Below, in pieces: positions 41,984-44,102 of a stretch of DNA of 44,102 nt. Positions within the stretch are counted from its first letter, which is position 1; every line of letters begins with the position of its first letter. The stretch is taken from IMG/VR virus record IMGVR_UViG_3300046717_000245, positions 1 to 44,102 of that record; one strand, 5' to 3'. The stretch is from a virus (taxonomy: Duplodnaviria > Caudoviricetes). The notes beneath the pieces were generated by a model. The model did not search any database and had not been told where the DNA came from. It was given only the letters and a program-made list of their open reading frames with translations. A program made the position numbers and the translations under genes.

Positions 41984-43448
41984 ACCCGGCGCGGTGGTCG
42001 CGCTTCTCTTCCTCGCCGAGCCGCGCGAGATACCAGACGAGCATCACCAGCGCGTCGAGTCGGTTCGGGCTCTTTCCGCCGAGCGAGGGATCCCACTCGG
42101 TGATCTCTTGTTCGAGCTCGGCCAAGTGGCCGACGATGTGAATGAAGCCCTTCTCGGCGAGCGTGCTGACCGGCTCCGCTCGGATTGCTTTGCCCCGCGT
42201 GGCGAGCACTTCGATGATCTTCACCGCGAGCGACGCCGTCTCGCCACGCTTGCGAGCCTTCGCCGCGCGGACGTTCGCCGCGACAAGATCGCCGCCGCGG
42301 TTGCGCTCGACGATGACGATGTCCGTCTCGTTCTGCTCGCAAGTCCTGACGACATCGTCGCCCCACTTGTTTGGGAGTGATCGCGAGCTTGCGTCGACCC
42401 AGATGTAGAACTGCTTGTCGACACCTCGGCCGCCGGCGACGATCCCCGTCGGGTCGTTGTCGGGGCCCGTCGCGATGCCCGGGTCGACGGCAACGGCGAC
42501 CTCCTCGAGCTCGGGCGCGGCCGCGACACGGTGCGCGTCGAGCACCGACGCGCGAAAGAGTGCCCCGGGGTTATCGCTCAGGATCTCGCCCTCGAGCTCT
42601 TGCTGTCCGAGCCGGGTGCCCCCGTACTTCCGCGCCATGCGCGCGACGTATTTGGAGTCGAGGTTCGTGGCGTTCTCCGACTGGGCCATCAGGATGGTCA
42701 CCGTCTCCTCGTCGGCGATGATCTCTCGCAGCACTTGCAGCGGAAGGGGCGTGCCGGTGAAGAAGATCTCGAGCTCGAGCGCACCTGACAGACGCGTGGC
42801 CAGCTCGATGTTGTGCCAGATCGCTTCGAGGTGTCGCCACTTCGCCGGCTCGTCGCACCACACGGTGTCGAGGTTGGGCCCGCGGAACTCGGGCTTTTCT
42901 GCCGTGTTGATGTACGCGAGCGCGCCGCCGCAAGCTTCCGCGCTCGAGCAGCCCGCGCCCGTGCACGTCGGCCGGTGAAAGTAGATGAGACCCTTGTGCG
43001 GTTTGTAGACCGGCTTCAACCGCGGGGGGAAGGCGGTGAGGATGCCGTCGGCGCCACCGTCGCCCATGATCTGGTAGCGCTCAATGTCGTCGAACGTCGG
43101 CCCCACGATTGCAATCCCGCGCGCGCCCGCTTCGACCCGGCGACGGATCCGGTTCGCGCCCGCGATCGTCTTTCCCGATCCGCGGCCGCCGAGCCAAAAA
43201 AGGATGCGGTGCGCGAACGCCGACAGATCGGGATCCTGTTTCGGCCGCGCCCACGTCCCCCAATCGTAACGAAGCTGCGAGAGCTCGACCATCGACAGGT
43301 CGTCGAGGATCGCGTCGCGCGCCTCCTTCGGGAGACGCGAGAAGCGCTCGACGAGGCTTGGGCCCTTCAGCGCGTCGGAGAAAGCGCGCGCGTTCGCGGC
43401 CGCCGTCGCGTAGCGCTTCTCGAAGCTCGACTCGGTCGCCGCCGTCAT
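41880..43448 (-). CDS. terL: Terminase large subunit
   Basis: WARPKQ, Walker A GGRGSGKT, RGPN, Walker B WCDE, TGTP, VAVDP, VERNRGG, SPNRLDA. Confidence 0.95.
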   Translation of the reverse strand: MTAATESSFEKRYATAAANARAFSDALKGPSLVERFSRLPKEARDAILDDLSMVELSQLRYDWGTWARPKQDPDLSAFAHRILFWLGGRGSGKTIAGANRIRRRVEAGARGIAIVGPTFDDIERYQIMGDGGADGILTAFPPRLKPVYKPHKGLIYFHRPTCTGAGCSSAEACGGALAYINTAEKPEFRGPNLDTVWCDEPAKWRHLEAIWHNIELATRLSGALELEIFFTGTPLPLQVLREIIADEETVTILMAQSENATNLDSKYVARMARKYGGTRLGQQELEGEILSDNPGALFRASVLDAHRVAAAPELEEVAVAVDPGIATGPDNDPTGIVAGGRGVDKQFYIWVDASSRSLPNKWGDDVVRTCEQNETDIVIVERNRGGDLVAANVRAAKARKRGETASLAVKIIEVLATRGKAIRAEPVSTLAEKGFIHIVGHLAELEQEITEWDPSLGGKSPNRLDALVMLVWYLARLGEEEKRDHRAGFKGLSAATAALRAPAAPATGLAAALPRSARGSRL

Positions 43449-44026
43449 CGGCCCCTTCCGTGCGGGTCACCGCCGCACGACGCGCAAACGAAAGTCTCCT
43501 CCGCCTTCGCGACCAGCCGGGCGAACTTGCGGCGCACGTCGGCCGCCGCGTCGACGTTCGCCGGATCGTTCGCCGGATCGACGGGCGCGCTCGGCGTCAA
43601 CTCGACGATCCGCGTCGCGAGTCGTTCGGCGATGACCATCGCCTTGTCGTAGTCGCCCATGTTCGAGGTTCCGCTCTTCGTCGCTTCGCGGTGGTACCGG
43701 ACGAAGGCGTACGCCTCAGCGAGCTGCTCGTGCAGGTCGGCCAGCATGCTCGCGAGGTCCTTCGACGGATCGGGGATCTCCATCTCTGCCAGCCGCTTTT
43801 GCTGATCGAGCAGCCTGGCGGCATCGCCGTCGGGGGCCGAGCGCTTGCGCTTCTTGCGCGCCCCCTGGCCACCGTTGGCCTCGAGCCCGGCGTCCTTCAG
43901 CCACTCGAGGATCGTCGGGTGGGAGACGGTCAAAACCTCGGCGATCTCTCGAGCGCTGGCCCCGGCAGCCGCGAGCTCGAGCATTCGTTTGATTCGTTGC
44001 GGCGTCTTGCGTGAGGGTTGCGGCAT
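43445..44026 (-). CDS. terS: Terminase small subunit (HTH)
   Basis: GASAREIAEVLTVSHPTILEWL HTH; ATGA-coupled to terL. Confidence 0.7.
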   Translation of the reverse strand: MPQPSRKTPQRIKRMLELAAAGASAREIAEVLTVSHPTILEWLKDAGLEANGGQGARKKRKRSAPDGDAARLLDQQKRLAEMEIPDPSKDLASMLADLHEQLAEAYAFVRYHREATKSGTSNMGDYDKAMVIAERLATRIVELTPSAPVDPANDPANVDAAADVRRKFARLVAKAEETFVCASCGGDPHGRGR

Positions 44027-44102
44027 GCATCGGCCTACATCGTGCGGTTCGTTTCGGTTCAGACGGTAAGCTTCGGTAAGTCACCGATATTTGTTTGCGA
44101 GG

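Larger units (their letters stand above)
1..44102. mobile_element. Temperate contractile-tailed phage genome (excised/virion form) with Mu-like head genes and a tyrosine integrase
   Basis: Terminase, portal, protease, capsid, sheath, tube, tape measure, baseplate, lysis, integrase, repressor and replication genes all present; att core flanked by phage DNA on both sides; no host genes seen. Confidence 0.93.

Noticed and set aside
40521-42000. Portal as an invertible phase-variation cassette
   Set aside because: No inverted repeats at the boundaries, no serine invertase, and the 3' end is interlocked with terL
1-44102. Very frequent CTCGAG, GAGCTC, TCGA and CGATCG words
   Set aside because: Explained largely by codon pairs (Leu-Glu, Glu-Leu, Ile) in a high-GC host background; enrichment cannot be shown without computation

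Overview
The window looks like a complete or near-complete ~44 kb temperate contractile-tailed (myovirus-type) phage genome in its excised form. It is GC-rich, and a Myxococcota (Polyangiales-like) host is inferred from composition and a DAG-repeat/Cys-rich lipoprotein. Left to right: (1) a leftward replication operon (74-4114: truncated beta-clamp, replication initiator with internal repeats, PD-(D/E)xK nuclease, MT-A70 methyltransferase, Cro-like HTH); (2) a CI-like repressor and a degenerate ImmA-like gene; (3) a rightward early operon (5450-10400: RecE-like exonuclease, SSB-like protein, DUF4406-like protein, Zn-finger ORFs, excisionase); (4) a tyrosine integrase next to an intact attP matching a tmRNA 3' end; (5) a small RHH module; (6) a 5.4 kb string of translationally coupled small ORFs; (7) an antisense-RNA-like locus and a lipoprotein; (8) leftward lysis, tail, baseplate and Mu-like head genes, then terminase. 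The most unusual observations are the portal gene lying alone on the opposite strand and overlapping terL tail-to-tail, a genome-wide GTAGCC-N4-GGCTAC operator network overlapping near-leaderless promoters, a SymR-like cis-antisense layout, and a clamp lacking about half of DnaN. All product calls come from motif recognition and synteny; no database search was run.
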